This document shows positions 40,212 through 49,200 of a stretch of DNA of 64,000 nucleotides, piece by piece; the first letter of the stretch is position 1, and every line of letters begins with the position of its first letter. The stretch comes from Andreprevotia chitinilytica DSM 18519 (GTDB lineage: Bacteria; Pseudomonadota; Gammaproteobacteria; Burkholderiales; Chitinibacteraceae). The stretch lies in NCBI RefSeq assembly GCF_000711875.1, contig NZ_JONM01000001.1, positions 163,934 through 227,933 of the forward strand, given 5' to 3'. The position numbers and the translations under genes are program-made. The notes below the pieces were generated by a model, which had not been told where the DNA came from, searched no databases, and saw only the letters and a program-made list of their open reading frames with translations.

Positions 40212-41837
40212 CTAAGGCTGATACGCCCCTTGTGAGACCAGCGATGTGGACAGGCGCGGATTGCCAGCAAAATCCACCGTACCCAACAGAACCGAGCCGA
40301 GGTTGTTGCCGGCGTTGACGGCCGGGGAGAAGGCGGCGATGTGCAGGTCTGGTGCGACGAGGTCGGCGAACTGCGGGTCGGCGAACTGGCTATGCGCATC
40401 CCGGCCGGATGCACTCTTGTAGGCCGTGAAGCCGGTCTTGCTGCTGTTTTTCCATACCCACTGGCTTTGGCTGGCGCCGGTGGCCGTGTAATAGAGGTTG
40501 TAGTCGAGGGTGCCGGGCGTCAGCGTGCTATCGATGTGGTTGATCAGCAAACCTTGGCTGTTGGCATACAGCACGTTGTTTTCGATCAGGTTGGAGGTGG
40601 CGTGGTACTGGATCTGCAACTCGCCCGAGCCGGTGCGCTGGGTGTCGTTGCCGAACAACGTATTGCCGACCACGCTCACATAGCTTGTCCCGCCGACGCT
40701 GCTCGCATACCCGCCGAGCGAGATGCCGGTGAGGTTATTGAAGTAGGAAAGATTGTTGCGGGCGATGACCTGGTGCGTGGTCTTGCCGTAGTTTTCGCTC
40801 GCCAGCTCGATGCCCAAGTCGGTCTGATAGACCCGGTTGCGCTCGATCACGATCTGCGTGCCGCCATCGATATAGATGCCATCCGCGCCATAGCTGCCGC
40901 CATAGGCCGGGTTGTTGATCGACGTGATGTTGTAGACGGTGTTGCCAGCAATCAGCCCGTTGCGCGCCTGGTCATAAGCGGTCTGGGGCGAGGTGCCGAA
41001 GTAGCCGGCTGCATCAATGCCGATGTTGTTGTTGTCGTGCACAACGTTGTTGGTCACTTGCCAGTACTGCACGTTGCCATCCAGCGCCAGCGATTCGCTC
41101 GAACCGGTGGTCAGATGGTCGACTTCATTGCCGTCGATCACCACGTTGGTCAGCCCGGCTGGCGCCTGATTGCCGTAGATGACGATGCCGTAGGCGTTGC
41201 CGGGCGTGGTGGTAGTGGCGATGTGGTGGACGTGGTTGTTGCGCAGTTCGATGTGATTACCGGCACCGCTCACGAAAATACCGACCGGGATATCGCTGCC
41301 GCTGGCCGAATAGTTGCGCAGCTCGAAACCGATCACCCGCACATAGCTGCGGCTGACCAGCGAGAACAAGCCCTGCACCCCGCCCGAAACGGCAAGCCCG
41401 CTGCCATCGAGGACGACTGCTTCGCCGGGCACATTGCGGAAGGTGATATAGCCGGCACTGGCCGAGCCCGAAGTCGGAACGGTCACGGTTTCGTTATAAA
41501 CGCCGGCGTGCACATAAACCGTATCGCCAGCCTGAACGACGTTGGCGGCGTGCTGAATGGTTTTCCAGGGATGGTCTGCCGCGCCGGTATCGGTGTCGTT
41601 GCCGGTGGTGGCAACGTAATACACCGCGCCGGTTGGCACGGCGGCGGGGTCGGAAACATTGGTGGCCCCATACGCAAAGCTGGTGCCACTTCCGACGGAG
41701 CCGGCACTGGTTTGTGCCGCGACAGTGGTAGAGGCGAGGGTTGCGTTATCGGCACTGGTTTGACCGCCACCCCCACCGCAGCTGGCCAGGATCAACATTG
41801 CCGAAGCTGCTAAAGCAATTGTCTTGAAGTCCACCAT
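40212..41837 (-). CDS. right-handed parallel beta-helix lipoprotein (pectate-lyase-fold polysaccharide lyase/hydrolase-like)
   Basis: lipobox ILASCGGGG; repeated NN..HDN/NNIGID beta-helix rungs. Confidence 0.6.
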   Translation of the reverse strand: MVDFKTIALAASAMLILASCGGGGGQTSADNATLASTTVAAQTSAGSVGSGTSFAYGATNVSDPAAVPTGAVYYVATTGNDTDTGAADHPWKTIQHAANVVQAGDTVYVHAGVYNETVTVPTSGSASAGYITFRNVPGEAVVLDGSGLAVSGGVQGLFSLVSRSYVRVIGFELRNYSASGSDIPVGIFVSGAGNHIELRNNHVHHIATTTTPGNAYGIVIYGNQAPAGLTNVVIDGNEVDHLTTGSSESLALDGNVQYWQVTNNVVHDNNNIGIDAAGYFGTSPQTAYDQARNGLIAGNTVYNITSINNPAYGGSYGADGIYIDGGTQIVIERNRVYQTDLGIELASENYGKTTHQVIARNNLSYFNNLTGISLGGYASSVGGTSYVSVVGNTLFGNDTQRTGSGELQIQYHATSNLIENNVLYANSQGLLINHIDSTLTPGTLDYNLYYTATGASQSQWVWKNSSKTGFTAYKSASGRDAHSQFADPQFADLVAPDLHIAAFSPAVNAGNNLGSVLLGTVDFAGNPRLSTSLVSQGAYQP

Positions 41838-41934
41838 GGAATGAGCTCGCCCGCTAAATGTGTTCTGTACATTAATGTTTTCTTATATGCCTTTGTATTT
41901 TAGAGCAGACAGGGCGAGAGCGGGGCGCAAACAA

Positions 41935-41967
41935 TAAAAAAAGGCCGATCGAGTCGGCCTTTTTGTT
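41935..41967 (-). terminator. rho-independent terminator
   Basis: aaaaaaggccgatcgagtcggccttttt. Confidence 0.75.
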
Positions 41968-41984
41968 GCAGCGAAGCAGCAGGA

Positions 41985-42266
41985 TCAGAGATCGTGCGGC
42001 ACCGCGGCGTTGGCAAAGCGAACCAGGCTTTCAGTTTGGGCCTGTGGAGTGACGTTGGCGCTCGATTGCGTCGGCACGATCGCGCTGCCGATGAACTGGA
42101 CCAGGCCTTCCGACGAATTTTGGGTCGTGGTGGCTTTGACCGAGTTGGCCGTTGCAGCGTGTTGGCCGTTTTGCAGCTGGAAGTTTTCACCCAGCGCACC
42201 GGCTTGAGCTGCGCCCATGGCGCCCAGGAAACCAACGGTAGCGATAACAGTAGCAAGCTTTTTCAT
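41985..42266 (-). CDS. small secreted peptide, copy 1 (93 aa; signal MKKLATVIATVGFLGAMGAAQA)
   Basis: ATG after AAAGGA RBS; first ~60 aa and ~140-nt upstream leader identical to copy at 45392. Confidence 0.6.
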   Translation of the reverse strand: MKKLATVIATVGFLGAMGAAQAGALGENFQLQNGQHAATANSVKATTTQNSSEGLVQFIGSAIVPTQSSANVTPQAQTESLVRFANAAVPHDL

Positions 42267-42620
42267 GATGATGATCCTTTCTGTCTTGTGGTCAGAGCGC
42301 GTGATGCCGAGATGAGAGGCGGTTGGCCGTTGACTTGGCATCACGTGAAGGATGTCGTTCGGTTGTGTTGCAATGCGACATCGATGGACGTACTTTATTG
42401 GCATTCGTTTGGTTGATAAATGGTGGATATGTAGATGATTTAATTCCTTGATATTGATAATAATGTGGTTGTTGACTATTGACTTTGCTATTATTTTCTA
42501 TGTTTGTAATTATTTGTTGGCAGTTGGAAAGATGGTGTAGTGACGTCAACGTGTCAGTACCGTCGCCGCGCCGACGCAGTGCCGATCAGCGACGACTTCG
42601 AAAGAACGAAACATGGATGG

Positions 42621-43547
42621 ATGAACGGAATGGATAGCTTACTCAGCATGCGGGTTTTCAATCAGGTCGTGACCAACGGCAGTTTTGTCGGTGCGGCGGA
42701 TCGGCTTGGCATGTCCACTGCCATGGTCAGCAAACACATCAAGCATCTGGAAAGCAAACTGGGCATCCGGCTGTTGAACCGCACCACGCGTGCGCTCAGT
42801 CTCACCGGGCCGGGCGGGGTGTATTTCGAGCGTTGCCAGCATGTGCTGGCAGATCTGGACGAGCTGGAACACGCGGTCGGCCAGTCCACCATCAAGCCGC
42901 GTGGCACGCTCAAGGTCAGCGTGCCAGTCACCTTTGCGGTGAACTACCTCTGCCCGGTGCTCGCCGACTATTACGCCCGCTATCCGGAAATGAAGGTTGA
43001 TCTGCAATTGTCGGATCGGGTGATCGATCTGGTCGACGAAGGCATCGATCTGGGCATCCGTATCTCGGCTGATCCCAACCCGTCGCTGGTGGCGCGGCGG
43101 CTCAGCCCGATCCGCTTCGTGATGGTGGCGTCGCCCGAATACCTGGAGCGCAACGGCACGCCGCAGACGCCGGACGATCTGGTCGATCACTCCTGCATTA
43201 CTTATGCCTATTCCAACAACGGTACGGCCTGGAGTTTCACCGGGCCGGATGGCGCCATTACCGTGAACATCCAGCCCAAGCTGCGGGTGAACAACGGCGA
43301 AATGGCCGCAAAGGCCGCGCTGGCAGGCTTGGGGCTGACGATTCAGCCGCTGATCCTCACCCAGCAATATCTGAAAAGTGGTGAACTGGTGCCAATCTTG
43401 CAGGACTTTCCGCGTCCTGAAGTCTGGGTGTATGCCGTTTACCCGAATCGCAGCTATCTACCGGCTAAAACACGGGCCTTCATCGATCTGCTGGTCGAAC
43501 ACTTTGGCGAAACGCCGCCGTGGGGCAATACCGGCGGCTGCTGTTAG
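42621..43547 (+). CDS. LysR-family transcriptional regulator
   Basis: HTH SLLSMRVFNQVVTNGSFVGAADRLGMSTAMVSKHIKHLESKLG. Confidence 0.85.
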   Translation: MNGMDSLLSMRVFNQVVTNGSFVGAADRLGMSTAMVSKHIKHLESKLGIRLLNRTTRALSLTGPGGVYFERCQHVLADLDELEHAVGQSTIKPRGTLKVSVPVTFAVNYLCPVLADYYARYPEMKVDLQLSDRVIDLVDEGIDLGIRISADPNPSLVARRLSPIRFVMVASPEYLERNGTPQTPDDLVDHSCITYAYSNNGTAWSFTGPDGAITVNIQPKLRVNNGEMAAKAALAGLGLTIQPLILTQQYLKSGELVPILQDFPRPEVWVYAVYPNRSYLPAKTRAFIDLLVEHFGETPPWGNTGGCC

Positions 43548-43592
43548 GAATCTGTTCACGATCTTCTGAGAAGTCGATTCACTGAACAGATG

Positions 43593-43660
43593 CGGCGCAA
43601 TGCCCTTCGGGGATTGCGCCCTACGACACTGCCAGGGTGTTCCCCCTCCCGCGAAGGGGG
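43593..43660. repeat. REP-like palindromes (family E + family B fragment)
   Basis: gcgcaatgcccttcggggattgcgccctacg ; ccccctcccgcgaagggggc. Confidence 0.5.
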
Positions 43661-43985
43661 CTCGATACATGAAAAGATCGTAGACAGGCGCCAAGGCGGA
43701 TTCAATCCGGCGATGTTGACTGCACCATGAACCGCATCGCCGCCTTTCAACAAGCAAATGTGATCCTGAACACACGGCTGCCAATGGCATGATTCCGTAC
43801 GTCAGCTTCTCGTTTCGCATCGCAACAAAGCATCCCAGAATGCAATCCTCAAAATCGGCGCCCGGCGGCATGCCCGGGCGGCACGGTTGCTGGTTCGCGC
43901 TATTGGCGGGTTAGGGCGTGGGACTGTGCAAGCGCAGATTACGCAGCCATGCTGGCACGACCAGCGGCAGCAAAAGAGGGCAGAA

Positions 43986-44966
43986 GTGGACACGCTACGC
44001 CTGATGTTGTTTGGCCATCTGGCCGCAAGCCTGGGCCGGCCGCTGGCAGAGCGGCAGGTCAAGTTGCCGTATTCCTTGGGGGCACTGCTCGCCTTGCTGG
44101 TGCTCGCACGCGGCAAACTGGTCGCGCGCAGTGTGCTGGCGGCGCAGCTCTGGAGCGAGCGTGCCGGAGATGCCAGCGGTAGCCTGAATACGGCCCTGTG
44201 GCGTTTGCGCAAACTGGTGGAACCTGCGCCGATGCTGGCGGGGTCGGTGATCAAGTCCAACTCGCGCGGCGATGTCGGCTTCAATTTCGACGGGCCGTGC
44301 TGGGTGGATATCGACATCTTCGAAAGCCAGCTCGGCCGCCTGCTCAACAAACCGATCCACAAGCTGGATGTGGCCGAGATCGCTGAACTGAACGATGCGC
44401 TTGAACTCTACCGCGCCGACGTGCTGGCCAATTATCAGGAAGACTGGGCCTTGCGCGAGCGCGAGCGGATGCGGCGGTTGTACCTTGATGCGCTTGGCCG
44501 GCTGGTCGAATACGCCACCGTCCGCACCGAATACGCCTGCGGTATCCGCTATGCCCACCGTATTCTCGATGCCGATCCGCTGCGCGAGGATGTACACCGC
44601 GATCTGATGCGGCTGTATATGCAGAACGGCCAGCGTGCGCTGGCTTTGCGCCAGTTCGAAGCTTGTCGTGACTTGCTGCGGCACGAGCTGGCAATCCCGC
44701 CGATGGCGGAAACGATCCAGCTGTATCGCCGCATCGCTGATGAAACAGCCAACGCTGCCGTCAAGCCAGCGCCGCCTGCTGCGGTTCCGCCCTCCACGGA
44801 CGTGGAACCCGCCTCGGATGCGTTTCCAACCGACGACCCGCTCGTGCTGCGTGCGCAGCTGCAGCAACAGCTGGTGCAGGTACGCGAATCGCTGCGCGTG
44901 GCAGAAGGCAGGATTGCGCAGAGTTTGCTGTTGCTGGAGAAGAAGGCCGGAAGCGCGCCTTTCTAG
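43986..44966 (+). CDS. SARP-family regulator (OmpR-type winged helix + BTAD domain)
   Basis: GTG start chosen (MDTLRLMLFGHL..); AfsR/DnrI/RedD-like layout with BTAD helices (ELYRADVLANYQEDWALRERERMRRLYLDALGRL). Confidence 0.65.
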   Translation: MDTLRLMLFGHLAASLGRPLAERQVKLPYSLGALLALLVLARGKLVARSVLAAQLWSERAGDASGSLNTALWRLRKLVEPAPMLAGSVIKSNSRGDVGFNFDGPCWVDIDIFESQLGRLLNKPIHKLDVAEIAELNDALELYRADVLANYQEDWALRERERMRRLYLDALGRLVEYATVRTEYACGIRYAHRILDADPLREDVHRDLMRLYMQNGQRALALRQFEACRDLLRHELAIPPMAETIQLYRRIADETANAAVKPAPPAAVPPSTDVEPASDAFPTDDPLVLRAQLQQQLVQVRESLRVAEGRIAQSLLLLEKKAGSAPF

Positions 44967-44984
44967 GTGCCAACCATGCCCTGT

Positions 44985-45058
44985 TGTAGGAGCGAGCTTG
45001 CTCGCGATGGCAATGGTGGATGACACGATGCAATCGCGAGCAAGCTCGCTCCTACAGA
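44985..45058. repeat. REP-like palindrome, family D
   Basis: ttgtaggagcgagcttgctcgcgatgg..atcgcgagcaagctcgctcctacag. Confidence 0.65.
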
Positions 45059-45082
45059 GGCAGCGGTGGTGTCACCCTTTGC

Positions 45083-45162
45083 CACACCTCACACCTCACA
45101 CCTCACACCTCACACCTCACACCTCACACCTCACACCTCACACCTCACACCTCACACCTCAC
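45083..45162. repeat. tandem heptanucleotide microsatellite (CACCTCA)n, ~11 copies
   Basis: perfect head-to-tail repeats read directly. Confidence 0.9.
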
Positions 45163-45391
45163 ATTCCCCCAAGGCCAACGCGGAAACATCGTTGTAATTA
45201 TCAATAAATAAGAATCAAATAATCTACAAATTGATTATTTTTTTGCGAAGCGTGTGTGGCTAAAGTACGTCCATCGATGTCGCATTGCAACACAACCGAA
45301 CGACATCCTTCACGTGATGCCAAGTCAACGGCCAACCGCCTCTCATCTCGGCATCACGCGCTCTGACCACAAGACAGAAAGGATCATCATC

Positions 45392-45595
45392 ATGAAAAAG
45401 CTTGCTACTGTTATCGCTACCGTTGGTTTCCTGGGCGCCATGGGCGCAGCTCAAGCCGGTGCGCTGGGTGAAAACTTCCAGCTGCAAAACGGCCAACACG
45501 CTGCAACGGCCAACTCGGTCAAAGCCACCACGACCCAAAATTCGTCGGAAGGCCTGGTCCAGTTCATCGGCAGCGCCGTGGTGCCGAACCGCTAA
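45392..45595 (+). CDS. small secreted peptide, copy 2 (67 aa)
   Basis: identical leader/RBS/first 60 aa to 41985..42266 in inverted orientation. Confidence 0.6.
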   Translation: MKKLATVIATVGFLGAMGAAQAGALGENFQLQNGQHAATANSVKATTTQNSSEGLVQFIGSAVVPNR

Positions 45596-45639
45596 GGAAA
45601 CGGCATCACGCCGCTTCACCAACGCACTTCCTCGCAAAA

Positions 45640-45672
45640 AAGGCCGACTCGTTCGGCCTTTTTTGTTGCTCG
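45640..45672 (+). terminator. rho-independent terminator
   Basis: aaaaaggccgactcgttcggcctttttt. Confidence 0.75.
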
Positions 45673-45942
45673 CTCGCTGTATTCCATACACGGCCACCCT
45701 CGGCCGCAACAGTATCCGGGCTACTTCCCCCGTCACTTCTCGCCCACATTCTCAGTAACTGTCGAATGCATACGTGATTCGACAGTGATGGCTGCCATTT
45801 TCTATCTGAAAACTTACATATGTGTGATGTTGTGGTGATCGTGATGTGAGCAGACTGTGACAGTGCCCGCACATACTTCCGTCAGACAAAGACTGAAAGT
45901 GGGGTGCCTGTCGGCACAGGTAACCCGGCAAGCGAGCTCGGG

Positions 45943-46206
45943 ATGGCAAAGCGTCTGCAAGACCAAACGGCGGTGTTCATCGTGCGGATCTGGTGCGAGG
46001 AGCGCGAAATCGAAAATGCCGCCGGTGAATGGCGTGGCGTTGTCGAGCATGTGCGTTCCAATCAGCGCATGTTTTTCCGCACGCTGGAAGGTATGTCGGC
46101 CTTCATGCAGCCCTTTCTTGAGGAAGTCGGCATCGCGCCGCAGGACCGCTGGTGGGAAGGGGTGGAAGACAGCCTTTCGCTGCCGCCGGGCGAGCAGGTG
46201 GAGTGA
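45943..46206 (+). CDS. hypothetical small protein (first gene of protease-rich cluster)
   Basis: ATG 45943 inside GTG ORF 45904..46206. Confidence 0.4.
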   Translation: MAKRLQDQTAVFIVRIWCEEREIENAAGEWRGVVEHVRSNQRMFFRTLEGMSAFMQPFLEEVGIAPQDRWWEGVEDSLSLPPGEQVE

Positions 46207-46224
46207 TCGCAAGTCATTGAATGA

Positions 46225-49200
46225 ATGACTGTTGCCCAGCAGGAGATTGGCATGGCACTGATTCGCGCAAACCGGGAAACGGTTGATGACCGTTTCTCCA
46301 TCGTCGGCTTCACCGTCCGCACCGGGCCCAATCCTCTGTTCGAGGTAGCGGTCGCCAGCGACCCGGAGCTGTTCAAGCCCGAAAACCGTGCCAAGCGCGG
46401 TCGCAACAATTTCTATTCCAGCCGGGCCGCCGGTGCGATGCGCGCCCGCCGTGGCGAGGCGGTCTATCTGATTCCGCCCGATGTGCTCACGCATTTCGTG
46501 GGGAACAAGCGGCTTTACTTCGGTTTGGCGACCTATGCGGAAGGCAATCGCGCCGAGCCGACCTCGGTACAGGCCCCCACCACCGGTAGTCCGTTCATCA
46601 ATATCGCCGGGCTGACTGGCCGTGGCCTGCGGCGTTTGACATCGAGCCCGACCGACGTGTCGTCGAGTTACGGCGCAGCACGCGGTGAAGATTCCAGTCT
46701 GGCTTGGGGCGGTGATCGGGGTGGTGCCCAAGGCGGCAATGTCCCCACAACGGCGAGCCCCGATACACGTCGTGCAGCGGCAGATGGCCGGGCTGCGCAG
46801 AGCCCCGCCAATGGCGCAGTCAACGGCAGCTCCGCGGTCAACGGCCATACGGCGAGCAGCGCCGCGTCTCGTACCACACCGTCCGCGCCCGACGCGCACT
46901 ACGACGATGGCTTCGATCATCGGCTCTGGCAACAAGCACCGCAGCAAGCACCGCAACAGTCACCAACCCAGCAAGCGCCAGCCCCGGCCCCGACCGCTTC
47001 GGCCCCGGCTGCGCCAACGGCAAGTTCGTCCGCACCTGGGCCGGCTCACGCGCAAAGCCTTGCCTATAACGGCAAGCCCACCGCCCGGCCGCTTGATCTG
47101 ATCGTGCCGTCCAACCAGCCAACATTGTGGGATCAGCTCGGTTTCCTGCGCGATAGCTTGTCCTGGTTCTTCGGCGTCACCGACACCACCGTCTACCCGC
47201 AACACGCCATCTGCCAGATTCGCCGGCCGACGGCGGGCGGGGGGGATGAGCATGTCGGCACGGCGTTCTATGTTGGCCGCAATCGCTTGCTGACCGCCGC
47301 GCACGTGGTCGAGGGCGAAACCAATCTGATCGTCGTGCCCGGCCGCAACGACACCGCCGAGCCCTTCGGTCGCTATACCGTTGCCGCCAGCAGTTTCCGC
47401 ATTCCGGCCAGCCGCAACACCGCCAACCACGATTTCGATATCGCCGTGCTGGACAACACGCCGCAGGCCGCGCCGAACGGTCGTTGGTTCGATTTGATGG
47501 AAGAGCTGCTCACCTCGCAGCCCAGCCCGATCATCGTTTGCGGCTATTCATCGCAATCGCGCCGCGTGCCGCAGATCAACAACCTGATCAACGAAAACAA
47601 GCAGCACCTGCATTCCGGCCGCATCCAGACCGTGCAGGACAACACCTTTTCCTACGATATCCAGACGCTGGCCGGGGCCAGTGGCGCGCCGGTGTACTAC
47701 ATCACCGACAACGGCGGCCAGCCGCAAATCCACCTCGTTGGCGTGCACGTCAGCGGCCTATCCGATACCGAAAACCAAGGCACGCGCCTGACTGAAGCCA
47801 AGATCGCCTGGATCGAAGGCCGCACCACCACGCTTGGGCTGGCAACGGCTCGTGCGCAAAGCATTCCGCTTGATCCCGGCGCGGGCGGCCAGTCGATCGG
47901 CGTAGCCGCGCTGCAGGCCGGCGACATCATCGTGTCCACCACCGACCACGCCACGTCGTACCTGATCCGTGGCGGCAGCATCTCGGCGGTTAGCCACGCC
48001 ATGCTTTATATCGGTGACGGCAAGGTGGTCGAAGCAGTCGGGCAGGGCGTGATCGAGCATCCGCTGGCCGATGCGATCAGCGATGCCATCCTCGCCGTGG
48101 CCTTCCGCTATCCGAATCTGGACGATATGCATCGCCAAGCCGTCGTCAGCTATGCCCGCAGCCAGGTCGGCTTGCCCTACAACTACGCCGGCGCAGCCTA
48201 TGCCGGTTACCGCATCTGGAACCCGATTACCCGCATTGGCGAATGGATCGGCCAGCGGCTGTCGGTTGCGCCGGAAAACGCCGGTTCGTTCTATTGCTCG
48301 CAACTGGTGCTGGAAGCTTATGCCCGTGCCGGCGTGGCCCTCACCACCGAAGCGCCGGATGTCAGCACGCCGGGCGATATCGTCCAGCTCACGCATAGCG
48401 TGCTGAGCTATGTCGGCCATCTGGTCGCCAGCGATTCGTCGTTCGCACTGGCGCTTGCTACCACCGATCCCATCCAACCCAGCCCCTACCGTCGGCGCAT
48501 TCGCCACCCGGCCAGAGCATTGGATGACAGCTCGTTCCGTGTGTATTGGGGCGATGTGCCGTTCCAGCAGCAAAGCAGCACTGGCTCGTGCTGGGCGGCG
48601 GCGGCGGCCATGATCGTCGGTTGGCGCGACAGCACCTGCATCAGCGATCAGGACATTGCTGCCAAGGTGCCGGTGGTGGATGCCTACCTCAATGGCCTGT
48701 GGCCACAGGATCGGCATGTGCTGGCGGATGTGTGGAATCTGGTGGCCGAGCCGCCACAGTCGTACACGCTCGATGGCTTCCGGCAGTTGCTCGCCAACAG
48801 CGGCCCGCTGTGGGTCGCCACCCGCACCCGCTCCGGCGGCGGTCACATCCTGCTGGTCATCGGGATGGAAAGCGATGGCGCGGCGGATGGCTCCGATACC
48901 AATGTGCTGATCTATGATCCGTGGCCCGGCTCGGCGGGTCGCCAGCGCATGCGTTGGCTTGACTTCATCACCCGTTATGAAGGCCGTGCCACCAGCACAG
49001 GTGGCGTGATGCAACCCCAGATCCTGCACGCCGACGGCACGCAGGGCCGCCAGCAAGCGACGGCCGCACCATTCGGGCTGGTCTCGGCGCTGGGCACGCC
49101 GTTCTCGGTGTTCTGGAGCGATGTGCCGTACACGGCGCAGACCAGTGGTATGTCGTGCTGGGCGGCTTCGGCTTCGATGGTGGTGGGCTGGCGTGACCGG

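Noticed and set aside
45083-45162. Possible CRISPR array
   Set aside because: Units are 7 nt with no spacers, so it is a simple tandem repeat and not CRISPR; no cas genes present.
45020-45211. ORF translating the heptamer repeat as TSHLTPH x n
   Set aside because: A 7-nt repeat cycles through all frames; no RBS; more plausibly non-coding microsatellite.
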